Positions 1 through 9,490 of a DNA stretch of 64,000 nucleotides are shown here, in pieces; the first letter of the stretch is position 1, and each line of letters starts with the position of its first letter. Below the pieces are notes generated by a model. That model did no database searches. It was not told the origin of the DNA and saw nothing but the letters and a program-made list of their open reading frames with translations. The stretch comes from a virus. Position numbers and translations under genes: made by a program. The DNA lies in IMG/VR virus record IMGVR_UViG_3300027763_000039, positions 32,001-96,000 of that record; one strand, 5' to 3'.

Positions 1-2
1 CA

Positions 3-1418
3 GAAAATATCGAACAGCTATCTGCCTTAATTAGTATTATGAGGCCGGGTTGTCTTGAAGCTTTTAGAGATGGCAAATCAGTTTCTAACCATTTTATAGA
101 TAAAAAGAATGGCCAGGAATCTGTAGATTATTATCATCCCTCTTTAGAGCCTATTCTAAAGGGAACATATGGTGAAATGATTTACCAAGAACAGGCTATG
201 GAAATTGCTAAAATCGTAGCTGGTTTTGATCTTCAAGAAGCAGACATGTTAAGAAAAGCTATTGGTAAGAAAAAACCAGAAGAGATGGCTAAGATTAAGA
301 TTAAATTTTTAGAAGGCACAGAAAAAGTTGGTACAGTAGCTACTTCTCAAGCAGAAGAAATTTTCGGCTGGATTGAAAAGTCCCAGAGATATTCTTTTAA
401 TAAATCCCACGCTGTTAGTTATGCTATTAATAGTTATTTATCAGCTTATACCAAGGCTCATTTTCCCAAAATATTTTTTGCTGCATATTTAAGATTTGCA
501 AAAGATAAAATTGATCCTAAGGCAGAAATTAAAGAATTGGTACAAAACGCTAATGAAATGGATGTTCCTGTTTGTATACCAGATATTAGAAACTTAAATC
601 AACTATTCATTCTTAAGAATAACAAGATTTACTTTGGACTAACAGACATCAAGGGTTTTGGACAGTCCGTTTTTGACAAATTAGTTAAACTCAAAGAAGA
701 TAAGAAGCTAGATTTTGATACCATGAACTGGATAGAAATGCTGACTACGGTTTTGATCAATATCAACTCTACATCTGCTAAAGCATTAATCCAAAGTGGA
801 GCAATGTCATATTTGGGTAAGAATAGAGTGGCTATGTTATTCGAATTTGGTTTAGTCTCAGAATTAACCAAGAAGGAATCAGACTTCATTATAGCTAATC
901 TCTATAAATATAAATCAATAGGAGATGCTCTTCATGATCTATATCATAATGGAAAATCCAATAAGAATAGAAAAGCAATTATTCTAGATTTAATTAATAG
1001 CTATAATAAGCCTCCATATTCTTTAGAAGATAATCCAGATTGGATTGCTGATGCGGAAGATGCATTTTTAGGGTGTAGTATAACCTGTTCTAAAGTTGAT
1101 ATGTATGATATTACTATGACTAATACAACCTGTAAAGACTTTAAAAACACCACGCTTAAAGATAATATTCTCTTGTGTGGAGAAATTGAGAGTGTGGGTG
1201 TTACTAAAACTAAATCTGGCAAGACACCGGGTCAAGAAATGGCATTTGTTACTATGAGCGATGGCACAGGAGTAATAGATTCTGTTGTTTTCTTTCCAGA
1301 AGCCTATAAGGCTTATCGAAATATTTTATTTGATGGCAATGTGATCATAGTAAAAGGTAATAGAGCCAAGTCTGGCGATTCACTAATTGTAGAAAAGACG
1401 TATATTCCTAAAACTTGA
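3..1418 (+). CDS. dnaE: DNA polymerase III alpha subunit, 3' part (5' truncated by window edge)
   Basis: Frame is open from nt 3 (ENIEQLSALISIMRPG); motifs TYGEMIYQEQ, ADMLRKAIGKK, YSFNKSHAVSYA, HhH (IYFGLTDIKGFG) and C-terminal OB fold (MAFVTMSDGTG..VVFFPEAY). Confidence 0.95.
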   Translation, partial: ENIEQLSALISIMRPGCLEAFRDGKSVSNHFIDKKNGQESVDYYHPSLEPILKGTYGEMIYQEQAMEIAKIVAGFDLQEADMLRKAIGKKKPEEMAKIKIKFLEGTEKVGTVATSQAEEIFGWIEKSQRYSFNKSHAVSYAINSYLSAYTKAHFPKIFFAAYLRFAKDKIDPKAEIKELVQNANEMDVPVCIPDIRNLNQLFILKNNKIYFGLTDIKGFGQSVFDKLVKLKEDKKLDFDTMNWIEMLTTVLININSTSAKALIQSGAMSYLGKNRVAMLFEFGLVSELTKKESDFIIANLYKYKSIGDALHDLYHNGKSNKNRKAIILDLINSYNKPPYSLEDNPDWIADAEDAFLGCSITCSKVDMYDITMTNTTCKDFKNTTLKDNILLCGEIESVGVTKTKSGKTPGQEMAFVTMSDGTGVIDSVVFFPEAYKAYRNILFDGNVIIVKGNRAKSGDSLIVEKTYIPKT

Positions 1419-1442
1419 CGCTGGCCTCTCTCAAGCTATAAT
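1415..1442 (+). promoter_or_regulatory. Sigma70-type promoter for ssb
   Basis: TTGACG (1415-1420, overlapping the dnaE TGA stop), 16-nt spacer, TATAAT (1437-1442); AAGGAG RBS near 1479-1484. Confidence 0.75.
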
Positions 1443-1491
1443 ATGAAGCAGTTCGTTGGACCTTGGTTTTTTATTTTAAAGGAGACTTTTG

Positions 1492-1866
1492 ATGAATATT
1501 AATATTCTACGTGGTAATTTAGCTAGAGACCCTGAAATGCGTGTTGTAAACACAAATGGTAAGCAGACTTCAGTAGTTAATTTTACTGTAGCTGTTTCTA
1601 GGGAATACACGAAGGCAAACGGCGAGAGAGATAAGGTAACAACATTTGTTCCGTGTGAAGCATGGGATAGTGGTGCTGAGATTATCGGCCAGTCATTTAA
1701 GAAGGGCGATTTTGTTTTGGTAGAAGGATCTCTGAGGAATGACTCGTGGGAGAAGGACGGAGTGAAGCATAACTCTCTCAAGGTCAGAGTAAATAACTTT
1801 TCTAAGATTACTAAGCTATCTAAGAAGAGTAAGGAACAGTCGGAAGAAGAAGTAGTAAGCTTCTAA
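1492..1866 (+). CDS. ssb: Single-stranded DNA-binding protein
   Basis: NINILRGNLARDPEMR, NFTVAVSR, CEAW, KKGDFVLVEGSLRNDSWEKDG; acidic tail ending EEEVVSF; ATG at 1492 after AAGGAG. Confidence 0.95.
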   Translation: MNINILRGNLARDPEMRVVNTNGKQTSVVNFTVAVSREYTKANGERDKVTTFVPCEAWDSGAEIIGQSFKKGDFVLVEGSLRNDSWEKDGVKHNSLKVRVNNFSKITKLSKKSKEQSEEEVVSF

Positions 1867-1894
1867 TCATATCTAATCTTATCACTTTAAAGAG

Positions 1895-1922
1895 ATGGGG
1901 GTGGTAACACCCCCCATTTTTT
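1895..1922 (+). terminator. Intrinsic terminator after ssb
   Basis: GGGGGTG-GTAA-CACCCCC hairpin with a GNRA loop followed by TTTTTT. Confidence 0.8.
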
Positions 1923-3590
1923 ATGTCTAACAAAAAACTCAAAATTTTAATGTGTTCCGAAGCCAGTTTTTTAAGCTCTGGTTTCGGTACTTATGCAAAA
2001 GAAATCTTAAAGAGACTCCATGCCACAGGCAAATATGAGATAGCTGAATTTGCTTCTTATGGGAAAGTTAATGATCCTAAAGATGTAGATATTCATTGGA
2101 GATATTATGCCAATGCTGTAGATGATAGAGACTCAAGACATAAAGAATATAATAGCTCCATGGAGAATCAGTTTGGACGATGGAGATTTGAAAGAGTTCT
2201 TTTAGATTTCCAACCAGATATTGTCTTTGATGTAAGAGATTATTGGATGAATTCTTATCAACAATTTTCTCCTCTTCGACCATTTTATCACTGGGTTCTT
2301 ATGCCCACAGTAGATTCTGCTCCACAACAAGAAGAATGGATTGATACTTTTATTCATGCTGATGCTATTTTTACATATTCTGATTTTGGTAAAGACACAG
2401 TATTAGAACAAAGCAATAATCAAATAAGATATATAGATACAACATCTCCCGGTGTTGATCTAAATACTTTCAATATTATTGAGGATAAAAAATCCGTAAA
2501 GAAAGCTTTGGGATTGGATGAAAATAGTTTTATAATCGGGTCTATTATGCGTAATCAAAAGAGAAAACTCATTCCAGAGCTTTTTGTTTCATTGCGTAAA
2601 TTACTAGATAAGTTTCAGGCAGAAAATAATCCAATTGGAGAAAAAACATATCTATATCTCCATACTAGCTATCCTGATGCTGGTTGGGATTTGCCACAGC
2701 TATTAAAAGAATACAAGGTTGGTAATAAAGTATTATTCACATATAGTTGCAAAAACTGTGGTTTTTTCCAACCTTCTTTGTTTCAACATCCTATTACTTT
2801 TTGTCCAAGATGTAGCCAAAAATCTTTGTCCATGCCTAATGTAAGTGCTGGAGTACAATCAACAAATTTAGCTACTATTATTAATTCTTTTGATATCTAT
2901 GTACAATATGCTATTTGTGAAGGTTTTGGTATGCCTCAAGTAGAAGCTTCTGCTTGTGGGGTACCAATAGCTTCTGTAGACTATAGTGCTATGAGTGACG
3001 TTGTTAGAAAAGTAAATGGTTATCCAGTTAAGATTAATCAATATTTCAAAGAACTAGAAACCAAAGCTATTCGGGCCTATCCAGATAACAATCATTTAGT
3101 AGAAATACTACATAATTATGCTACTCTGCCAGATTTCTTAAAAGAACAAAAAAGGTTTGAAACAAGAAAATTAACAGAAGAACACTACAACTGGGATCAT
3201 ATTGCACAAAAATGGGAAAAATATTTTGATAGTGTCAAACTTACTGGCTTGCAAGGTAAGTGGTCAGAAAATTTGTCAATGTTAGAAACTATTAAACAAC
3301 CAGCAGGAAAAGTCAATCCATATGACTTTATGACACACTCAGTATCCAAAAATATGTCTCAACATCAGCTTACATCATCTATTATACTATTAAATATGAT
3401 CAAAGATTTGGATTATGGTTTTGCTATCAACGGAATACAGACAGAACCATATGATATAAGCAAAGCATTAGATGTTATCAATAATATTATTAACAACAAT
3501 AATTTAGCACAAAATGCGAAGATGAATCATGATAGTCTAAGAAATGAAGATTTTATCCAATATGCTCATATGAAAGAAAACCTAAAATGA
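1923..3590 (+). CDS. GT-B (family 4-like) glycosyltransferase with inserted zinc ribbon
   Basis: N-terminal KILMCSE..SGFGTY, RNQKRKLIPEL, EGFGMPQVEASACGVPI (ExxxxxxxE motif), C-terminal YNWDHIAQKW; CKNC..CPRC insertion at 2748-2813. Confidence 0.88.
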   Translation: MSNKKLKILMCSEASFLSSGFGTYAKEILKRLHATGKYEIAEFASYGKVNDPKDVDIHWRYYANAVDDRDSRHKEYNSSMENQFGRWRFERVLLDFQPDIVFDVRDYWMNSYQQFSPLRPFYHWVLMPTVDSAPQQEEWIDTFIHADAIFTYSDFGKDTVLEQSNNQIRYIDTTSPGVDLNTFNIIEDKKSVKKALGLDENSFIIGSIMRNQKRKLIPELFVSLRKLLDKFQAENNPIGEKTYLYLHTSYPDAGWDLPQLLKEYKVGNKVLFTYSCKNCGFFQPSLFQHPITFCPRCSQKSLSMPNVSAGVQSTNLATIINSFDIYVQYAICEGFGMPQVEASACGVPIASVDYSAMSDVVRKVNGYPVKINQYFKELETKAIRAYPDNNHLVEILHNYATLPDFLKEQKRFETRKLTEEHYNWDHIAQKWEKYFDSVKLTGLQGKWSENLSMLETIKQPAGKVNPYDFMTHSVSKNMSQHQLTSSIILLNMIKDLDYGFAINGIQTEPYDISKALDVINNIINNNNLAQNAKMNHDSLRNEDFIQYAHMKENLK

Positions 3591-4708
3591 ATGTATTGTT
3601 CGTAGGACCATATAGACAGCAAGATGGTTGGGGTCTAGCAACCCAAAGCTATATCAGGGCTGTAGCTTCTCAAAAACACAATCTAACAACTAGGCCCGTA
3701 TTTTTGGGTGCTCCATCTAATATTATAGCTGATGATATTTTAGCTTATGAAAACTCATTATATGATTCATATGATGTTGTTATTCAAAAGACCCTGCCAC
3801 ACGGCTTGTTCTACAACAAAAAATTTAAGAAAAATATCGGGTTGTTTGTTCTAGAAACTAATAATATCAGTAATTCATCTTGTATTTTTAATATTAATCA
3901 GATGGATGAGGTGTGGGTTCCTAGTAAGCAAGAACAAAAATGTCTAGTTAAATCAGGAGTCACCAAACCAATTAAAGTGATATCTCAACCTCTTGATACC
4001 GACTTTATTAAAGCTAATAAAAACCATACCTTAGATCTTCATTCTCTAGTTAAAAAAACATTCAAGTTTTATTTTATTGGAGAATATGTTGAACGTAAAA
4101 ACATTAGGGCTTTAGTAGCTGCTTTTCATTTGGCTTTTGATATTAGTCAACCAGTTTCTTTAATTATCAAGACAAATATCTCTAACATGTCTCCTGCTGA
4201 TTCTCAAAGAGCTATTGAAAAAGACATAGAAGCTGTTAAAAAACAACTTAATATTAACCAAAAATATAAACAAGAAATTATTATCACAGACAGACTATCT
4301 GACAAAGACATCGTGGGTCTACACAATTCCTGTGACTGTTTTATTATGCCTTCTTTTGGCGAAGCGTTTTGTCGTCCAGCAGCAGAAGCTCTTGTGTTAG
4401 GAAAAACACCTATTGTAACAGATAACACGGGGATGATAGACTATGTTAATCACGATAATGGCTTTGTGGTTCAAAGTCACAGAACCCCAGTTCTGTTAAA
4501 TCAAAGAACTTTATCCGAAGAGTACGATATCTATAATGCTAATGAATATTGGTATCGAATTAATATGTACGATTTAATTGAAAAAATGAGATCAGTATAT
4601 CTGATGAATAAAAACGAAAAGAAAAAATTAGAAGAAAAAAGATTACTAGGTATTAATAATATTGATCAATTTAGTTATCAACACATCGGGGACAATCTAT
4701 GTATCTGA
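3587..4708 (+). CDS. GT-B (family 4-like) glycosyltransferase
   Basis: DGWG, DEVWVPS, FYFIGEYVERKNIRALV, DCFIMPSFGEAFCRPAAEALVLGKTPIVT. Confidence 0.88.
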   Translation: MNVLFVGPYRQQDGWGLATQSYIRAVASQKHNLTTRPVFLGAPSNIIADDILAYENSLYDSYDVVIQKTLPHGLFYNKKFKKNIGLFVLETNNISNSSCIFNINQMDEVWVPSKQEQKCLVKSGVTKPIKVISQPLDTDFIKANKNHTLDLHSLVKKTFKFYFIGEYVERKNIRALVAAFHLAFDISQPVSLIIKTNISNMSPADSQRAIEKDIEAVKKQLNINQKYKQEIIITDRLSDKDIVGLHNSCDCFIMPSFGEAFCRPAAEALVLGKTPIVTDNTGMIDYVNHDNGFVVQSHRTPVLLNQRTLSEEYDIYNANEYWYRINMYDLIEKMRSVYLMNKNEKKKLEEKRLLGINNIDQFSYQHIGDNLCI

Positions 4709-5619
4709 GCTTTATTACTGGCAATGTTCTAGAAAAATTTACAGACGATAAGCACAATATCATATATTATCCTCAAAATAATATGTTCGATCATTTGTTG
4801 GCCAACATTAATGATCACTCCTATTATATCTTTGGAGAAAGTAAAAATAATTTTCAGACCCCCAACCTGATCAACCTACCTAATAATCTCATATCTCTGT
4901 ATAATTACAATCTTTCTGTTACTAATAATATTCTTGGATACGCATCCAACAACCTAAAACATTTACATTTAAATAGCATTATTTGTACACACTCACACAG
5001 GCCCCCATATATCAAAAAAGAAGATTCTCTCTTAATGGATCAAAGACTAACAAAAGAAATAAAAGTCTTTTTTACAGAATCAAGTAAAGAATCCTGGAGA
5101 ATTAGCACAGGAAATGTTATAAGGTACGGTATTCCAGAGCTATTTATTAACGAAAACCCTGTAGCAAAAAGAAAAGATGTGTTGATTCTTAGCTTTGAAA
5201 ACACACCCCATGCTAAACAAATTCAACAAATATTATTAAACAATAACTATTCTTGTGATATTATGGATTCATGCTCTATCGGTACTCAGGATATCGTTAA
5301 AAAATTCAATGACTATAATATATGTGTGGATTTATCTGAACATAATATTATTAATCTTCTGTGCGCTATTGCTGCCGGGTGTGTGACTATTACTATGATG
5401 CCGCAAGTACTAGCCTCAGAATATGATGATCTTGATGGTCTGATCTTTCTTGAGTCTATTAACCAAATAGGAGAAGCTATTAAGTCTGTTCTACCCACAC
5501 AGGATGAAAAAAGACAACAAAATAGAGACCAAATACTAGAAAGATTTTCTTTCAACGATTTTAAAACACGGTTCAATTCTTTAATCACCAAGGCTAACGC
5601 GGAGGCATTCATCCTATGA
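4699..5619 (+). CDS. Divergent GT-B-fold protein, probably catalytically degenerate
   Basis: IRYGIPELF, LLCAIAAGCVTIT (EAMAxG-like with Glu replaced) and terminal ILERFSFNDF resemble the GT4 C-domain. Confidence 0.55.
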   Translation: MYLSFITGNVLEKFTDDKHNIIYYPQNNMFDHLLANINDHSYYIFGESKNNFQTPNLINLPNNLISLYNYNLSVTNNILGYASNNLKHLHLNSIICTHSHRPPYIKKEDSLLMDQRLTKEIKVFFTESSKESWRISTGNVIRYGIPELFINENPVAKRKDVLILSFENTPHAKQIQQILLNNNYSCDIMDSCSIGTQDIVKKFNDYNICVDLSEHNIINLLCAIAAGCVTITMMPQVLASEYDDLDGLIFLESINQIGEAIKSVLPTQDEKRQQNRDQILERFSFNDFKTRFNSLITKANAEAFIL

Positions 5620-6032
5620 TTCATCAAATTAATATTGTAGTAAACCCTGAAACAGATGCTCTTGATGGATATTCTAATCTGGAAATTGATAATATTCCAC
5701 AGGTTACTAATGGATTTGTTAATGCTATTGTTTTTACCACTATAGATAAGATTGTGCAGCAAAAACGAGATGCTGTATTTATTGAGTTGCTGAAAAAATT
5801 AACTCGCGGAGGGTCTTTAACTGTTCGATTTTTAAATCCAGAGTCCATTTGTCATAAAATCAAAAATGGATCTTGCTCGGGTTTAGCATTTTCATCAATG
5901 GTTGATAATTTAAAGTCTTCGTGGATGGAAACAGAATTTTTATCTCTAATCTCTTCTTTACCCGGATTTGAACTAATTAAACATATTCATGAAGATGTTC
6001 ACTCTATAGTTGTTATAGAAAAGAGCAAATGA
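5616..6032 (+). CDS. Hypothetical protein with a minimal SAM-methyltransferase-like fold
   Basis: FIELLKKLTRGGSLTVRF resembles the LkPGG post-motif of class I MTases; no glycine-rich SAM loop; start overlaps upstream stop (ATGA). Confidence 0.45.
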   Translation: MIHQINIVVNPETDALDGYSNLEIDNIPQVTNGFVNAIVFTTIDKIVQQKRDAVFIELLKKLTRGGSLTVRFLNPESICHKIKNGSCSGLAFSSMVDNLKSSWMETEFLSLISSLPGFELIKHIHEDVHSIVVIEKSK

Positions 6033-6721
6033 GTAAGATAGCTTCCGTTATACTCTCATATGAAATTACTAAGGGTATGAAATCTTTTGGCCCCATAGGA
6101 CTACTAAAGTCTAAGACCAATGGTAAAGAGCTAATCTTACATCAAATAGAAGGATTAGAAAAGCTATTTAAAGATACTGATATATGTGTAGTCTCTGGTT
6201 TTGGTTATGAAAAACTAAATAAAGCTATTCCGAAAAATACCAAAATTATTTTGAACAATGAATTCCAAAATAAAAGTCATGCCTATGCTATTAAGCTAAT
6301 ATTAGCACAATATAACCCAGATAACTATGATGGAGTTTTTATCATCAATAATGGAGGCATTGTTAAAGCCCAGATTCCTTCTAAAAACCTTTCATTTAAT
6401 CACTCTTGGATCTTGTCCAAAAATATTAAAACAAGTCAGCAGAGCAGCAAATTCTTGGGTGCTGTCACCAATGATCAGGCATTAGTTGACTATATTTTCT
6501 ATAGCGTAGGACAAAATGCTTGGTGTGAAGGCGTTTATTGGTGCAATAAAGACATTAAAAAAATATTGTCATCAATAGATAGTTATTATGATAATATGTT
6601 TTTATTTGAAGTAATTAATAAATCGATTACGCAAAATATAAAATATAAACAGATAGTGTTGGCGGCAGATGAAGTTATAAGTATTTATGGTATGAAAGAC
6701 AAACACAAAATTAAAGTATAA
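6029..6721 (+). CDS. Sugar/choline-phosphate nucleotidyltransferase-like protein (GT-A/NTP_transferase fold), divergent
   Basis: GMKSFGPIGLLK..ELILHQIEGL..ICVVSGFGYEKL..IILNNEF matches the LicC/GlmU-type N-terminus, but the canonical LAAGxGxR loop is replaced by LSYEITKG. Confidence 0.6.
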   Translation: MSKIASVILSYEITKGMKSFGPIGLLKSKTNGKELILHQIEGLEKLFKDTDICVVSGFGYEKLNKAIPKNTKIILNNEFQNKSHAYAIKLILAQYNPDNYDGVFIINNGGIVKAQIPSKNLSFNHSWILSKNIKTSQQSSKFLGAVTNDQALVDYIFYSVGQNAWCEGVYWCNKDIKKILSSIDSYYDNMFLFEVINKSITQNIKYKQIVLAADEVISIYGMKDKHKIKV

Positions 6722-6724
6722 ACT

Positions 6725-7510
6725 ATGAAAAAAACCAAAATAATAACCCATATCCCATCAGGTAACGATGAATACAGATCATTCATTAAGAATCTGTATA
6801 ATAATGATGACATTCTAGATGTTTCATCTACTAATATTCATGGTAATCTTTTTGAAATATATAGTCAATACAAACCTGATATTTTGATTCTATGTGCTAG
6901 TGAATATACTCAAGAATTTCATGATTTTATTAGTGAACATGAAAAACATTTGCAAATAGTCTTATTTATTAATGTTGCTATTACTAATATACAATTGATA
7001 GATTTTTGGAATAGTACTTCAATATTAGGAGTTGGCAGAAAAGAATATCTTGCTAAACCACTAATTAATGATAAGCTTTTTTATAATAAGCTATATGACA
7101 GTACCATCTTTATAAAAATAGAGACTGAAAATCGAAATGATAAGATAGCTGTGCTTCTGTCCACAAACGATGAAACCAATGAAAAGATAATTGGTCCATA
7201 CCTATATCCTTCCACCAAAGAGAAATTTATATTGTTTAATTCGCCAACATATAAAAAATCTCAAAATACTGGAACATTAAATGCAGCTGATACTGCTTTG
7301 GTCTTAAATACATATAAGTGTCTTATAGATCTTGATAATAGGTATGAGATCGAAGCTAAAGTTTGTTCAATAGATAATATCAATACCGAAGGAGATCTTA
7401 TAGAAAATATACAAAATTGTATTGTAAAAAATACAGATATTAATATTGAAAAATCTTCTTATGACTATTTCATTAAAAATAAGTTTCTATCTACAATTAT
7501 AAAGGAATAA
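6725..7510 (+). CDS. Hypothetical protein, remote GT-B-like
   Basis: YKPDILIL and YEIEAKVC resemble GT-B elements; lies within the GT operon. Confidence 0.45.
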   Translation: MKKTKIITHIPSGNDEYRSFIKNLYNNDDILDVSSTNIHGNLFEIYSQYKPDILILCASEYTQEFHDFISEHEKHLQIVLFINVAITNIQLIDFWNSTSILGVGRKEYLAKPLINDKLFYNKLYDSTIFIKIETENRNDKIAVLLSTNDETNEKIIGPYLYPSTKEKFILFNSPTYKKSQNTGTLNAADTALVLNTYKCLIDLDNRYEIEAKVCSIDNINTEGDLIENIQNCIVKNTDINIEKSSYDYFIKNKFLSTIIKE

Positions 7511-7512
7511 CT

Positions 7513-7980
7513 ATGGATATAGGTTTTTATTTATTGGATGTTGAGCCAAATAATGAAACTCAAAATAAAATTATCAAAGCTATAAATGATTTATGTAATA
7601 TTTATCCATATGCTAATATTGTGTTATTCAATAATCAATTCAATAATATAGATATTGGACATAAGTATTATATATTACATATTCAACAGGCTAAATATTT
7701 TGATGGTCTACTTTTTGTTTTTGATATTAAGAGCGCAATGCTAACACAGACTTTTCCTTCTCCCAAAAAACAAATTTTGTGCGTGTCGAATCCAGAGTGG
7801 AGTAAAAATGGATCCATTCCTCATGGATTTTGGCATAACATTTATATGAAAAATAATTTTGAACTCATTACCGATAATCAGCAAACCTATGATTTGTGTG
7901 AAATTTGCTGGAAAAAACCTCTTAGTTTGATTGAAGATATTAATAGTAAGGAGCTTCAAAATGTCATCTCCAAAATATAA
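7513..7980 (+). CDS. Hypothetical protein, possible stand-alone GT-B N-terminal Rossmann half
   Basis: AAGGA RBS; FDGLLFVFDIKSA..KKQILCVSNPEW pattern; operon context. Confidence 0.45.
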   Translation: MDIGFYLLDVEPNNETQNKIIKAINDLCNIYPYANIVLFNNQFNNIDIGHKYYILHIQQAKYFDGLLFVFDIKSAMLTQTFPSPKKQILCVSNPEWSKNGSIPHGFWHNIYMKNNFELITDNQQTYDLCEICWKKPLSLIEDINSKELQNVISKI

Positions 7981-8752
7981 AAAATTGACTGATGTAGATA
8001 AAAAAGCTGTTTTACAGCAATACTATGTTAAAGAAAAACTAAGCTTTCAAGATATTGCTGAACTATATGGAACATATGCTAATCAGATAAGAAGAGATGC
8101 TAAAAAATTTGAGATACCAATTAGAGATAAAAGTGAAGCTCAAAAAAATGCTCTTACGTCAGGTAAACATAAGCATCCAACCAAAGGAATAGCTCGTAGT
8201 GAAGAAACCAAAGAAAAAATTGGTTCTGGTGTTATGGGAGCATGGAACAATCTTAGCCCAGATGAACTACAAAAAAGACAAGACAAAAGTAGACAGAATT
8301 GGGAAAAGTTAAGCGAAGAAGAAAAGGGGAATATTGTAAAGGCCGCTAATACTGCCGCGAGACTAAGTAGTAAAACTGGTTCAAAATTAGAGAAATTCAT
8401 CCTAAAAAAGCTTCTAACAGATGGATACTCTGTGGAATTACACAAAGAGCAATTGTTATCAAATACCAAGTTGCAAATTGACCTGTTCTTGCCTACAATG
8501 AACATAGCGATAGAAGTTGATGGGCCATCTCATTTTTCTCCCATATGGGGAGAGGATGCTCTAAAAAAGAATCAGAGTTATGATGAGAAGAAGAATGGAC
8601 TGATTATAGGTAGAGGATTATCGTTGATTAGGATAAAGCAATGTAGAGATTTTTCTAATGCTAGAGCTAATTTAATTTACTCAAGACTATTAGATTGTTT
8701 ACAAAACAAAACATATAAGAATAATACTATAACAAACATAGGGGATGAATAA
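7961..8752 (+). CDS. HTH + NUMOD3 + Vsr/DUF559-like endonuclease (free-standing homing endonuclease-like)
   Basis: ATG at 7961 after AAGGAG; HTH LSFQDIAELYGTYANQIRR; NUMOD3-like KGIARSEETKEKIG; SKLE..QIDLFLP..IAIEVDGPSHF..DEKKN..LIRI. Confidence 0.78.
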   Translation: MSSPKYKKLTDVDKKAVLQQYYVKEKLSFQDIAELYGTYANQIRRDAKKFEIPIRDKSEAQKNALTSGKHKHPTKGIARSEETKEKIGSGVMGAWNNLSPDELQKRQDKSRQNWEKLSEEEKGNIVKAANTAARLSSKTGSKLEKFILKKLLTDGYSVELHKEQLLSNTKLQIDLFLPTMNIAIEVDGPSHFSPIWGEDALKKNQSYDEKKNGLIIGRGLSLIRIKQCRDFSNARANLIYSRLLDCLQNKTYKNNTITNIGDE

Positions 8753-9486
8753 TGGTTAAGGAAAAGAAGGTGTCCGAAGTTGCTGTTGTTTCCGCTGAAA
8801 CTGTAGAGTCAACACCAAATAAAGTCACACCTAATGATCTAGGATGGACAGATTATGTTTTAGGATTATTATCTGATGATGAAAAAATTGCTGGAAATCC
8901 TACTACTGATGGATTAAGACGCATATTTGAAGTGGCATTAAATTGTGATGTTATTGAAGCTATTACTGAAATAGTTCAGGCTCCAACTCCAGAAAATGAA
9001 AAAAGAGCTACGGCCACGCACACCATACGCTATGTATTAAAAAGTGATTCCTCGGAGGACTCGGAAGTTAAATACCGGGCTGTAACAGGCGCTGCCGACG
9101 TTTATTGGGGTAATTGTGACAAGATTTATCGTAACCATCCTACTGCTGTTGCAGAAACAAGAGCAGAAGGTCGTGCCTTACGAAGGGGTCTTAAACTAAG
9201 AAAAGTTGTTGCTGCTGAAGAAATTGCAAAAGATATTGAAGATCATCCAGATGAAAATTCAGTATCTAAGATCAGTGTTAATCAAATTAATTTCATAGAT
9301 GTGATTGCTCAAAGACTAAATGTTAATGTGGCTAATTTAATAAAATCACTTGCAATTACCGAAGCCAACATATATAATATCGCACATGAGGATGCTGTGA
9401 GCGTGATCAAGCATCTTACTTCATATCAACAAGATATGAGCAAATTAACAGATGAACTATTAGGCTATCAATCAAACTGGAAGTAA
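8752..9486 (+). CDS. Putative Rad52/Sak/ERF-like single-strand annealing protein
   Basis: AVAETRAEGRALRRGL..AAEEI resembles the phage SSAP core; ISVNQINFI C-terminal helical motif; replication-module context. Confidence 0.5.
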   Translation: MVKEKKVSEVAVVSAETVESTPNKVTPNDLGWTDYVLGLLSDDEKIAGNPTTDGLRRIFEVALNCDVIEAITEIVQAPTPENEKRATATHTIRYVLKSDSSEDSEVKYRAVTGAADVYWGNCDKIYRNHPTAVAETRAEGRALRRGLKLRKVVAAEEIAKDIEDHPDENSVSKISVNQINFIDVIAQRLNVNVANLIKSLAITEANIYNIAHEDAVSVIKHLTSYQQDMSKLTDELLGYQSNWK

Positions 9487-9490
9487 TATT

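Noticed and set aside
380-430. Intein in DnaE at the usual Y/CFNKSH site
   Set aside because: The sequence is contiguous (QRYSFNKSHA) with no Hint motifs; the upstream part of the gene is outside the window
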